Shown here: piece after piece, positions 39,241 to 49,990 of the stretch
Layout of the letters: each line of letters opens with the position of its first letter
Position numbering within the stretch: the first letter of the stretch is position 1
From: Raja brachyura
Lineage: Eukaryota
Direction: 5' to 3'
NCBI GenBank assembly: GCA_963514005.1
Contig: OY740813.1
Coordinates: forward strand, 22,444,001-22,508,000
Length of the DNA: 64,000 nt
Notes under the pieces: generated by a model
Databases searched by the model: none
Told to the model about the DNA's origin: nothing
The model's input: the letters and a program-made list of their open reading frames with translations, nothing else
Program-made: the position numbers and the translations under genes

Positions 39241-39631
39241 AGGAGTTGCCTATTGCAAAACTATTTATTTTGAAGGCGTAGGAGCTCATCTTTAGCGGAC
39301 CTAGCCTTGCAGAGTTTTCCGTCTCCTATGCCACTTTCCCATATTAAAGGTCAATGATTTTCATGCTGCATGCAAAAACAAAAATCATACGTAGCACCAC
39401 CATTTGCTGGATTATGATGTGGTAGGTAGAATTTAATGCAGTGTGAGGTTCTGTACTTTGGAAAGTTAAACTGGTATTACATAGAGAATAAATGCCAGGA
39501 AACCTAGGAGCATTGGCGTGCAAGTTTTTCACTGAAAGTGACGGCACACGTGGATGGGGTAGCAAAGAAGGAATTTAGTATTTCATGTTGCAGCTGCACA
39601 ATGCATAGTTAGACCAAACTTATAGTACTTC

Positions 39632-40875
39632 TTTAAGAGCCCTATCAAGCTCTCTCTTCATGGTATCCAGAGAACCTGCCTCCACCGCCCTCTAAGCAGA
39701 GAATTCCACACTCACAACTCTCTGTGTGAAAAAGTGTTTCCTAATCTCCGTTCCAAATGCCTTACCCCTTAGTCTTAAACTGTGGCCCGTGGTTCTGGAC
39801 TCCCCAACATCGGTAACATGTTTCCTGCCTCTAGGGTGTCAAACTCTTAATAATCTTATCAATAAGATCCCCTCTCATCCTAAATTCCACATTATACAAT
39901 CCCAGCCACTCCATTCTCTCAGCATATGACTGTTCCGCCATTCCGGGAATTAACCTTGTGAACCTACGCTGCACTCCCTCAATAGCAAGAATGTCCTGTA
40001 CAACTGCAGAAGGACCTCTTTGGTCCTATACTCAACTCGTCTTGTTATGAAAGCCAACATGCCATTCGCTTTCCTCACTGCCTGCTGTACCTGCATGCTT
40101 ACTTTCGTTGACTGATGAACAAGGAACCCCAGATTCCTTATACTTCCCCTTTTCCCAACTTGACCCCATTTAGATAATAATCTGCCTTCTTGTCTTTGCT
40201 ACAAAAGTGGATAACCTCACATTTATCCACATTAAACTGCATCTGCCATGCATCTGCCCACTCACCCAACCTGTCCAAGTCACCCTGCATTCTCATAGCA
40301 TCCTCCTCACAGTTCACACGGCCACCCAGCTTTGTGTCATCTGCAAATTTACTAATGTTACTTTGAATCCTTTCATCTAAATCATTGATGTATATTGCAA
40401 ACAGCTGCGGTCCCAGCACCGAGCCTTGCGGTACCCCACTGGTCACTGCCTGCCATTCTGAAAGGGACCCGTTAATCCCTACTCTTTGTTTCCTGTCTGC
40501 CAACCAATTTTCTATCCATGTCAGCACTCTACTCCCAATACCATGTGCCCTAATTTTGCCCACTAATCTCCTATGTGGGACCTTATCAAATGTTTTCTGA
40601 AAGTCCAGGTACACTACATCCACTGGCTCTCTCTTGTCCATTTTCCTAATTACATCCTCAAAAAATTCCAGAAGATTAGTCAAGCATGATGTCCCCTTCG
40701 TAAATCCATGCTGACTCGAACCAATCCTGTTACTGCTATCCAAATTTGCCACTATTTCATCCTTTATGATTGACTCCAGCATCTTCCCCACCACCGATGT
40801 CAGGCTAACTGGTCTATAATTCCCTGCTTTCTCTCTCCCGCCTTTCTTAAAAAATGGGATAACATTAGCTACCTT
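39632..40875 (-). mobile_element. Young CR1 LINE RT region (uninterrupted frame over most of RT), truncated at both ends, flanked by an older plus-strand CR1 (~39420-39630 and ~40900-41235)
   Basis: ORF 40138-40932: NYRPVSLTS, QHGF, LDFQKTFDKVPH, GVPQGSVLGP, FADDTK; highly similar to the 5917-8008 copy. Confidence 0.95.
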
Positions 40876-41314
40876 TTGCAGGTCTAAGAAATTATGAGCA
40901 GCATGGATAGAATAGAATAGAGTATTTTTCACATGCCAGTGATTCCAGAACTCTGATGCATAGGTTTAAAGTTAGTGGGGAAAATTTTAAAGGAGATCTG
41001 AGGGGCTAGTTTTCCAACACAGGTGGTTATCTAGAACGAGCTGCCCGATAAAGTGGTGGAAGCAGAAACAATTACAATATTTCAAAAGCATTTTAATAAG
41101 TAATTGGACAGGAAAGACATAGTGGGACATGAGCCTAATGTAAGGAAATGGAATTAGTGTAGGCATTGTAGTCATTGTGGACAAAGTGGGTCATAAAGGG
41201 ACTTTTATGTGCTGAAAGGTTCCATGAGTCTATTATGTTACTTTCGTAAAATTTCCCCAGAAGATTGATCCAGAATATATTTCCAAAGATCCACAGAGAT
41301 TGTGAACTTTACCA

Positions 41315-42065
41315 CAGCACGGTGGCACAGTGGTAAAGTTGCTCCCTTAGAGCGACAAAGACCCAGGTTCCATCCTGACTATGGGTGCTGTCTGTAGGAA
41401 GTTTGTACGCTCTCCCTGTGGGTTTTCTTTGGGTGCCCCCTGTTTACTCCCACGCTCAAAAGAATTAGCTTTGGTAAAATTGTAAATTCTTTAATTTCAG
41501 GTAATCCAAGTAAATTGTTTAATATTTGTTTCAGAATGCTTCAATCTATAATAACTGAAAATTTCATTGAGTTCTCTTAATTTTTAGGAAAGTTATGGGC
41601 TTTTAACTTTTCCAGATCACAGCTTTTGAGTTAAGTCAATTGAAAGGCAATGGGGAGCAAGATGCTAATTTCCGAGTATGAAAATGGCCATAACTTTCTT
41701 AATACTGAAGATATGAAAGTAAATTAGGTGTCAAATTAAACTTCTTTTTATGCTTTATCTGATGGGATAAATTGCGGACTTGATTTTTTAAATCTCAAAA
41801 TTTTGGAACATTGCTACTCTAGGGGCTAGTGGAGTCAAGGGATATGGGGAGAAGGCAGGCACGGGTTATTGATAGCGTACGATCAGCCATGATCACAATG
41901 AATGGCGGTGCAGGCTCGAAGGGCCAAATGGCCTCCTCCTGCACCTATTTTCTATGTTTCTATGTCCCATAGTGTGTAGGATAGTGCTAGTGTATGCTGT
42001 GATCGCTGGTCGGCGCAAGCTCAGTGGGCCGAAGGACCGGTTTCTGCATTGTATCTCTAAATTAA
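41315..42065 (+). mobile_element. SINE split by a composite insert (DNA-transposon end 41489-41816 plus CR1 3' end 41817-41965)
   Basis: SINE sequence aaattgtaaatt resumes as gtcccatagtgtgtaggatag after the insert. Confidence 0.85.
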
Positions 42066-43094
42066 AATAATCAAATTGATTAAATAAAAATCTTAAACCA
42101 ATTAGGTTGTGTATGAAGTAATTTAGAACTTTATGACCCTTTCCAAATTAAATACAAATTCTCATGTAATTCAAAATGTTAAAATGAAATGCAAATCTAG
42201 CAATATGTTATGAAAATATTTGTTTGGGAAAACTCTGAATTTATAATGAACAGATTTACCACTACATAACTTGCTATTTGCTGTAATTAACATTTTCATA
42301 AAACTTTCAACTTGATTTCACTCCCTGCTGACTCATATCTGGAAAAAACTCCCATACCCAAAACATTTCACCTCCTCTGGGAAACTACTAACATTAGCAC
42401 TGTCGAGGCCATAAAAATATACAAATACAAATCCTACTTGTACTGATTGATATTCCATGCGTTTTAAGATACAAGATTCAGCAAATTATCGTTAAGACAT
42501 CTCAGCTTTCTCTCAGTCTCCTTCATCCCAATATTAATGTGAGAGCAATTAAAACCTGTTACACTTTGAACATCAGCACGATTCCTTCTTTCATTTCCAT
42601 GTGTCACACCATCGGACAACAATCCTCGCCCCTTACCCCACCCCTATTTCCATCGGCCTCCAATGAAGATTGAACAATTTGGAAGTGCATGTTTACACAT
42701 GATGTTACTTTTATTTATCTTCTCACTCCTTACACCAAATTAATATTCTGAAACTGACTGGAAACAATTTACTATTTAATAAATTAATTGATCAGCTCCT
42801 GGATAATCTGCAGAGCCTGGAAAATACATGATTGCAAACATGGCTATTGTCCAGTAAACTAGCCAGTAGGTATAACTGGTTTATTTTTAAATACTTTACA
42901 TAGTTTCTACACAACGAGACAAATTATTTAAATTACCAGCTTTTAGTGGGAAGATGAAAATTTATTTCTCAGTTAATTGCCCAAACCTGTTTCAAGATGC
43001 AATACAGCTTTCAAATAATTAACATAGCACCTACTATAGTTGATGTAAATAAAATCTAGGTGAGTCCGAGAGGAAATCACTGATGGAACTTGGT

Positions 43095-43825
43095 AATGGA
43101 ACGTAGAACAGTACAGCACAGCAGCAGGTCCTCTGGCCCACAATGTCCACCCGAACATAATGACAACTTAGACTAATCTACTCCGACTCGCGGTCCATAT
43201 CTCTCCATTTCCTGCAAATCCATATGCCTATCTGAAAGCTATTAAATGCCAATATCGTCTCTGACTCCATCAACATCCCTGGTAGTGTGTTCCAGACGCT
43301 CACCACTCTCTGTGTAAAAAACATGCCCCACACATCTCCTTTAAACTTTGGCCCTCTCAACTAAAACCCATGCCATTTGGTCTTTGACATTTCCACCTTG
43401 GGGGAAAAAAGTTCTTACGGACTACCCTATCTATGTCTCTCATAATTTGATATATTTCTATCAGGTCTCCCCTCAACCTCCAGTGTTCTAGAGAAAAGCA
43501 ATTTAGTTCAGTTTAGTTGAGTTTAGAAAAACAGCGCGGAAACTCTTCGGCCCACTGAGTCCACACCGATCCCCGCACATTAACACTACCCTACACAATG
43601 TTCCTAATTTTTAGGAACAATATTATTTTACATTTTTACCACGCCAATTAACCTACAACCTGTACTTCTTTGGAGTGTGGGAAGAAACGGAAGATCTCGG
43701 AGAAAACCCACGCAGATCGCAAGGAGAACGTTACAAACTCGGTACAGACAAGCATCGCTAGTCAGTATCGAACCCGGGACTCTGGTGTTGTAAGGCAGTA
43801 GCTCTACCACTACCCACCGTGCCAC
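43095..43825 (-). mobile_element. CR1 3' fragment (43095-43500) followed by a SINE (43501-43825)
   Basis: ORF 43178-43360 has FFTQRVVSVWNTLP; SINE has (tttag)n tail and reverse B box tcgaaccc. Confidence 0.85.
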
Positions 43826-43858
43826 TACCTTTCGTTTTATTTTTCTTGTATTGCAGAG

Positions 43859-44413
43859 TGTGGTGGCAGGGATGATGCCAGGATGATAATGACTACACTG
43901 ACACACTCATGGTAGGGTGAACTTACGTGATACGGTTTATTAATTGTGAAGGAGGTAGTGACAAGAAGGTCCAGGTCCACGTGTGGGCAACGCCACTTGA
44001 AGTCTGTGAGGAGGCACAGGCGATTGTGGGCTTGTGTCCGGCGGCTCAGTCTTGCCTTCGAAGGGGAGGTCTTGGCGGTCTCAGGCTTGCCCAGGCGGCA
44101 TAGTCTTCCTCTCTCTTCTGCTTTCTCTCCCTTTCTTCCTGTCCTGCTTCCTCGCTCTTCCCTCTGGCTGGAACTCCCTTGGTTTATCAGGTGAAGCTTT
44201 ATAAGGAGGTGCAGGTGAGTTGAACCAACAACAGCTAATTGGACACAGCTGTATCTCCTTTGACTGTAGCCTTAGCTGCATCATGATCTCTGTCCAAGGT
44301 GCTGGTGTTTTCCGGCATCCAGGTGCTGTTTGTGGTACTCCTCGTTGGCTTCTCCTGGCCTGTCTGCCGGTGACTGGGATCGGAATGGTCCTCAGGGAGG
44401 CTGCATCGTCACA
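43859..44413 (-). mobile_element. Solo LTR (555 bp, Gypsy-like) with 4-bp TSD
   Basis: TGTGG...TCACA termini with an imperfect inverted repeat (TGTGGTGGCAG / TGTGACGATGCAG); direct repeat AGAG at 43855-43858 and 44414-44417; minus-strand CCAAT 44242-44238, TATAAA 44203-44198, AATAAA 43941-43936. Confidence 0.8.
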
Positions 44414-45449
44414 AGAGCAATATCGAGATGAACTGAAACCTTATAAGAGGGCAGAGTATTTCAAATATACTGACAACACTGCACGAGTGATGAGGTAGAG
44501 GTGGGTCAAGGCATGTGACTCGTAAGAAACAGTCGTCTGTAAAGCAAGCAATGTCAATTTATTCAAGAAAAGGGGGATTTCAAAGATCAAAGAAAACCAG
44601 GAATGACAGCAATACTGGGTTTTTACTGTAACTTTGATGCCCCTAAATAAATCAAACAGAAAATGAATGACCTGATTTCCTGATTATTAACTTTTCTCAT
44701 TTCTGATGAGCGGTCATAGAACTGAAACATTGGCTCTGTTTCTCTTTCCATAGAAGCTCTTTGGCCAGCTCCGGAACATTGTTTATTAATGATTTTTTAA
44801 GATTAATGAATATTCAGGTGCTTACTCAACGAGATAAATAATACTATGAATGTGCCTAAAAGAGGATGATGATTTTGGAAGATGCCAACTCAGATCATCC
44901 ACGAGGACTAGAATAGTACCAGGTGATTCAGAGGAGTTAGCCACCCAGGTGTGTGCACACATTGAAATAACCATCAGCACTTATGAGATAAATTGATTTA
45001 AATACATTGTATTTTTTTAATTAGATCAAAACTAATTTTGATAGCATATTTGACCATCACTTTGAAAGTCCGAAGGCCGAGTGATTATCAAAGGCCAAAC
45101 AATTGTTCAAGCCTTTGGTAATCGAGTCCCCTGGGATAATGTTACACTGACTACTGCAATCCAGTTTTAACTTTTAAGGAACTTGTTCAGTGTTTGTTTC
45201 TGATTCAACATGGATTTGAGCAAGTACTTTTGGGGAAAACAAAGGGGCAGGTTAATAAAGAACTTCCCTGTGGCCTAACATACAACAATGTTAGCCTTGA
45301 ACAATAATCACACTGGAGGCAGTCAGAAATAGGATACCCTAGAATATAAACAGTAAAGACCTGTTGCACCTAATGCCCAAATTATTATACAAAGGAACTG
45401 TTACGGTTGGGACAAGACCGTCCACAATATAGTTCTTTGAAAGGCTATG

Positions 45450-45670
45450 TACAGAGCTGCTGCTTCATAGCACCAGAGACACAGGTATGATCCTAACCTC
45501 AGGTTCCGTCTGTATGGAGTTTGCATGCTTTCCGTGTGACCATGTACTCTTCCTCCAAAATGCTCTGCTTTCCTCAGACATCCCACACACATGCGGGTTG
45601 GTAGGTTAATTGGCCTCTGTTAATTTCCGCTAGTATGCATGGAGTGTTTGGGAAAGTGAGATAACTGAAC
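45450..45670 (+). mobile_element. SINE fragment
   Basis: gagctgctgc...gtctgtatggagtttgcatg...ggtaggttaattggcctctg. Confidence 0.78.
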
Positions 45671-47765
45671 AACTTCCTATTAAAATAATCAAAGAAAATT
45701 TCTCATACAGGAGAAAATTTCAAAGCATTGAAACTGAAACTGAAAATGATGGAAATAATCTTAATGTCAGTCAGTGTCTACGGAGAGAGAAAGGGAGTGA
45801 ACATTTCAGGTCAATGATCTTGAAAACGAAATAAAACATTTACAGATGCTTGTTGTGCAAGCCTGTGCCAATATGTGGGAGTTGTTCGTGAAGGACTTCA
45901 TATTTAAAGCCCTTAGGAGCAAAGTGAAAATCAAATGGATGCAGTGGAGTTAAATAGAGTCACTCTCTTTTATAATCTTCCTAATAATAAAAAACATCCC
46001 TATCAACAATGACATTTATGCAATTATGAAATAAATTGGTAATTAATCAGTACATACATACATACTGTTAACATGAAGGATAAAGTTCAACATTATTTTA
46101 TGCCACATTTTTCCAGCCATCAGATAGATAAAGAGCACTCGGAACTAACTTTGGAAGCACGTCCAAGAGTTAAAACAGGGGTGAATTTGGATTCCTTATT
46201 TTGAGGTGAAAGATGTCCTTTGGGGTCTGAAATACTTCCTTAGGATTCAGGTACTGCTGCAGGCTACATTAGACGAGCGCACGGATTGGACATGGCCTGC
46301 AACTCACGTAGTGCCGGGGGAGGACATCAATAGCATGGCCAGGCCAGGCCTACTCCCTGCAACCCTGACCCAACAGGCCTTTAAGCCCAAGATAAGACTA
46401 TATTTTGAAGTACTTTGAACTTGAGCAATACAAGATGGTGCAGGAAACATGGCGACTCCGTGTAATGTACTATTCTTACGCTCGTGTACTTGGGTCTGAT
46501 TGTGTCTTTGTATAGTAAGATTTTTACTGAATTGTATGAAAAAAAGGAATTTCATTGTACCTTTGAATCATTGAGAATTGTTCTTCAAGAACAGTTACCA
46601 TTAGAGTTCTTATAGGGGCTGAAATTGTGATTTTATCACTTCAAAACAACTCCCCTCTTTTGAAGACAAAATACCATTTTTTTCTACATTTGTGACACCA
46701 AATAAACTACGATGGAGTTAGACCGGGATTATTTTTCAACTTTATAGGAAAGCACCAACATATGTTTCCACTACTTTCAGTTAGCATCCAAATGAAGTCA
46801 CTCATCCATTTATTATTTTCATGAGGATGTCTTGAAGAGTGGAAAAATTAATGCTTACACAAGCAAAAGTGAATAGTATCAAAAAGGTTCAAGATGAATT
46901 TGGGCACAGTAGTACATATTCCATGATATTGGCTAACTGAATATAGGCTATGACATTAAATCTGGAGCTTTCGATACCTCTGCTACCTGAAAAGGTCGAA
47001 TTTTGCCTTTTTGCCCTTAATCGCAGTTGAAATGCACATGTTTCACACACTCGGCAGCAGCTTTTCTACCATCTAGTTCTTCAAGTCTGACTTGGTCATT
47101 ACACAAAGGAGGGGAACGAGGGGCATAGCAGTCCCCAACGTCTCGCTTTCTATACAACATAAACAGAAACTGTGGATAATGGGCCCTCGCTGAATTCTCT
47201 GCACTTTAAGGCTCCCCGTGGGATTTTGGTTTCACAGTTGTGACTGAAACTGCATCAAGACAGCATTGCTGACTTGTACCTTAATGACATTGTAAATACA
47301 GAAGTAAGAGGGCAACTGTGTGCAGAAAGCTTGCTAATAAGTATCTTCAATCTGTCCTTTTGTGGATGTAACCAAGCTAGAAACCTTGGAGGACATTGAC
47401 ACGATCAACATAATTTTGAATAAAAAAATGGAAAAAGAAAATGAAATTTATTCACAAGGCATGCATGAATACCAACGTTAAAATAATAATCTATCCAAGT
47501 TGTGAAAGGATGTACGTTCAGCTTCAAAAGAATCTTCAAAATTACAATGCAAGGTTACAGAATATTTTCCTTCATTATATTTTATGCAGGTGATTAATGA
47601 TCTCTACAAGTTCCTGAAAGACAATAATAATAATAATAATAATTCATTAATACTGCTTGATTCAGAACTGTGTTGGTCAAGAAATTGCTGCTCATTTATT
47701 TTTTAAAACATGGTCTTTCAACTACAGAATTAACTAATTGAGAAATTGCACTAACTCTTGGCAGG

Positions 47766-47949
47766 AGACACAAGAGAATGCAGCAGCAACAACATAATTT
47801 GCTGGAGGAACACAACAGGTCGAACAGCATCTGTAATCTCCCCTCTCACACTCAGTCATGATGCAGAGTTTTGACCCAAATGTCGACCATTCCTTTCCCC
47901 CCTCAGATGCTGTTTGAACCATTGAGTTTCTCCGCCCACAGATGGTCAG
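47766..47949. mobile_element. Penelope-derived fold-back unit with 14-bp flanking direct repeat
   Basis: taactcttggcagg at 47752-47765 and 47950-47963 brackets gctggaggaacac...gaacagcatctg / cagatgctgttt...gagtttctcc. Confidence 0.75.
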
Positions 47950-48027
47950 TAACTCTTGGCAGGGGCTGGAAGGAAGATTGCCATTATTAATGTAGATCCA
48001 AATCTCTGTCACTTTAGAGTGAGTCCA

Positions 48028-48740
48028 TGATACGATACGATTAACTTTATTCATCCGCGGAGGGAAATTGGTTTTGCCGACATTCACAACACACAAGGTA
48101 CACAAAAACTTGAAACTAAAAGTGAAAACAAAGAGAAAAAGACAAGCGAGTGTTGGCTGGCTGCGTGTACACAGTACACTCACCAGAACAAACAAATAAA
48201 CAAAGGCAGGTTTATCCCCTGGGCAGAGGATTCTAAACTAGAGTGCCCCCCTTCCCCCACACCGGGTCCTGTTTTGTTCTCCCACCATCCCTCACAGCGG
48301 TCCTCATTGTTCCTCACGGCAGTCCCACCACACCAGGTCCCTATTGTTCTTGACGACGGTTCCCCCATGCTGGGTCCCCATTGTCTTCCCCTCCCCCTCA
48401 CGCTCAATGACCACGAGGCCCCACCGCCACCAAGGCCCACGGGCCAGCAAGGCTCCCACCGCCGGCAAGGCCCCATTGCTACCGAGGCACTCACTGCCGC
48501 CGCTGAGTCCTCTGCTGCCATTGCCGAGGCTCCCATCGCCGCCACCGCCGAGGCTCCTTCGGCCCAGACAGGCCTCGCCGCCCGGCTTCACCGCAGTCCC
48601 CTGGGAGGCCTGTGGGGCGAGTCGGGCCTACCAGGACACCTTCTGGTCTTCGGTCGTCATTCCGGTCGGCGGCGGCACGGTTATTTGGTGGGTAGAACGG
48701 GCCCACGCAGCTCCCCGGGACACACACGCCGCGCACACGA
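48028..48740 (-). mobile_element. GC-rich non-autonomous retroposon with (tcgta)n tail
   Basis: Left end gatacgatacgat-taactttattcatccgcggagggaaatt (tail plus reverse AATAAA); CpG-rich body with degenerate gccrccgccgaggctc repeats; no coherent protein. Confidence 0.6.
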
Positions 48741-49289
48741 CACCCCTAACATAATTACCACTAACGTAATTTTCCAATATATTTAATGGCTCCCAGAATG
48801 AGTTCTTATGTCAGCCCATTCACGCACAGGCAAAGTCAGATGAAAGCTTTTACAATAGGGTCTCTCCACAACCGTTCATTAATAAGGGAGATGTTAAGAT
48901 TCACTAAGCTAATCAAACTATAAACAAAAGAGCAATTATCTGATTTGTGAAGCTGTAGGGAACTGTTTGTTTGCTGTGGCAAGGTTTATAGGAATGGATA
49001 TAAAACACTATTTAAATGCTGCTTTGAACCAGAGCTTTAAAATACAGATTGTTTTAGCACAATGTTTGTAGAGATATGTAGAACTGTGAAAATAAACCCC
49101 CCAAACCAGCCAGGGTTTCAGAAAGTGGGTTTCCTTGGTCATAAGGGCCTTAACAAGCCTAATCACAACATAATTTGTTTTAGCCCCAATTTCCTTCAAC
49201 TACCACTTTGAATATTATGTAGAAAAGTGAGAGTAACTAATTTGGTAGTAAGAAATACAAAGATGGGGCATGTTTTTTTTTAATTGATT

Positions 49290-49665
49290 GATTAGAATAG
49301 AAACAGACACTTTGGCCCATTGAGTCCATCCCGATTGCCCATTCACTCTAGCTCTATGCTATCCCACTTTTCGGTCGGCCCAACTTGCCCCACTATCAGT
49401 CTGAAGAAGGGTCTCGACCCGAAACGTTGCCCATTCCTTCTCTCCAGAGATGCTGCCTCACCCGCTGAGTTACTCCAGTATTTTGTGACTACCCACTTTT
49501 GCATCTATTCCCTACACACTCGGAACAATTTACGGAGGTCAATTAACCTACAATCCTGCAGGTCTTTGGAATGCGGGAAGAAACCAAAGCACCTGGAAGT
49601 AACATATGCAGTCACAGGGGGAACGTGTAAACTCCACACAGACAGCACCCGAGGATTGAACCATG
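49290..49665 (-). mobile_element. SINE carrying a plus-strand Penelope terminal-repeat insert (~49371-49488)
   Basis: cccactttt is duplicated either side of the insert; insert contains CTGAAGAAGGGTCTCGACCCGAAACGTT. Confidence 0.82.
49401..49428 (+). ncRNA. Minimal hammerhead-ribozyme motif (Penelope type); activity unproven
   Basis: CUGAAGA, stem II GGGUC/GACCC, GAAA, palindromic ACGU, GUU triplet. Minimal hammerheads are an established feature of Penelope-like element repeats. Stem I pairing is not evident here. Confidence 0.55.
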
Positions 49666-49679
49666 CAAAATTCCTTTAG

Positions 49680-49990
49680 GACTTGGCAGGGAAAGTGTTT
49701 CTTACAAATCACATTCAGTGGTCATCGTTTCCAAATAAGGTGATGGGCATTTAAAACTGAAATGTGAAGAAAATCTCTTCAAGTGGCTGGTGAATCCATG
49801 AAAATCTTTACCCAAAAGGCTTGTGGAGACTCAGTCACCAAGTATATTCAAGACATGATTGATAGATTTGAGAATGTGCAGGAAAATAAAGAATATAGGA
49901 TTAATACAGGAGAGTGGTGCCGAGGTAAAAGATCAATCATGATCTGAGAAAGCTGAATGGCCTATTTCTGCTTCTCTTTATTATATCATC
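49680..49990 (+). mobile_element. Old CR1 3' fragment
   Basis: Degenerate RG.SL..RG..F.TE-coding region and tail gctgaatggcctatttctgct. Confidence 0.65.

Noticed and set aside
42365-42395. Possible upstream DENND1A exon (FPEE followed by gt on the minus strand)
   Set aside because: In-frame stop just upstream, no acceptor and no match to the rest of the expected exon.
48180-48786. Several overlapping 80-170 aa ORFs
   Set aside because: Stop-poor GC-rich repeat sequence open in many frames on both strands.
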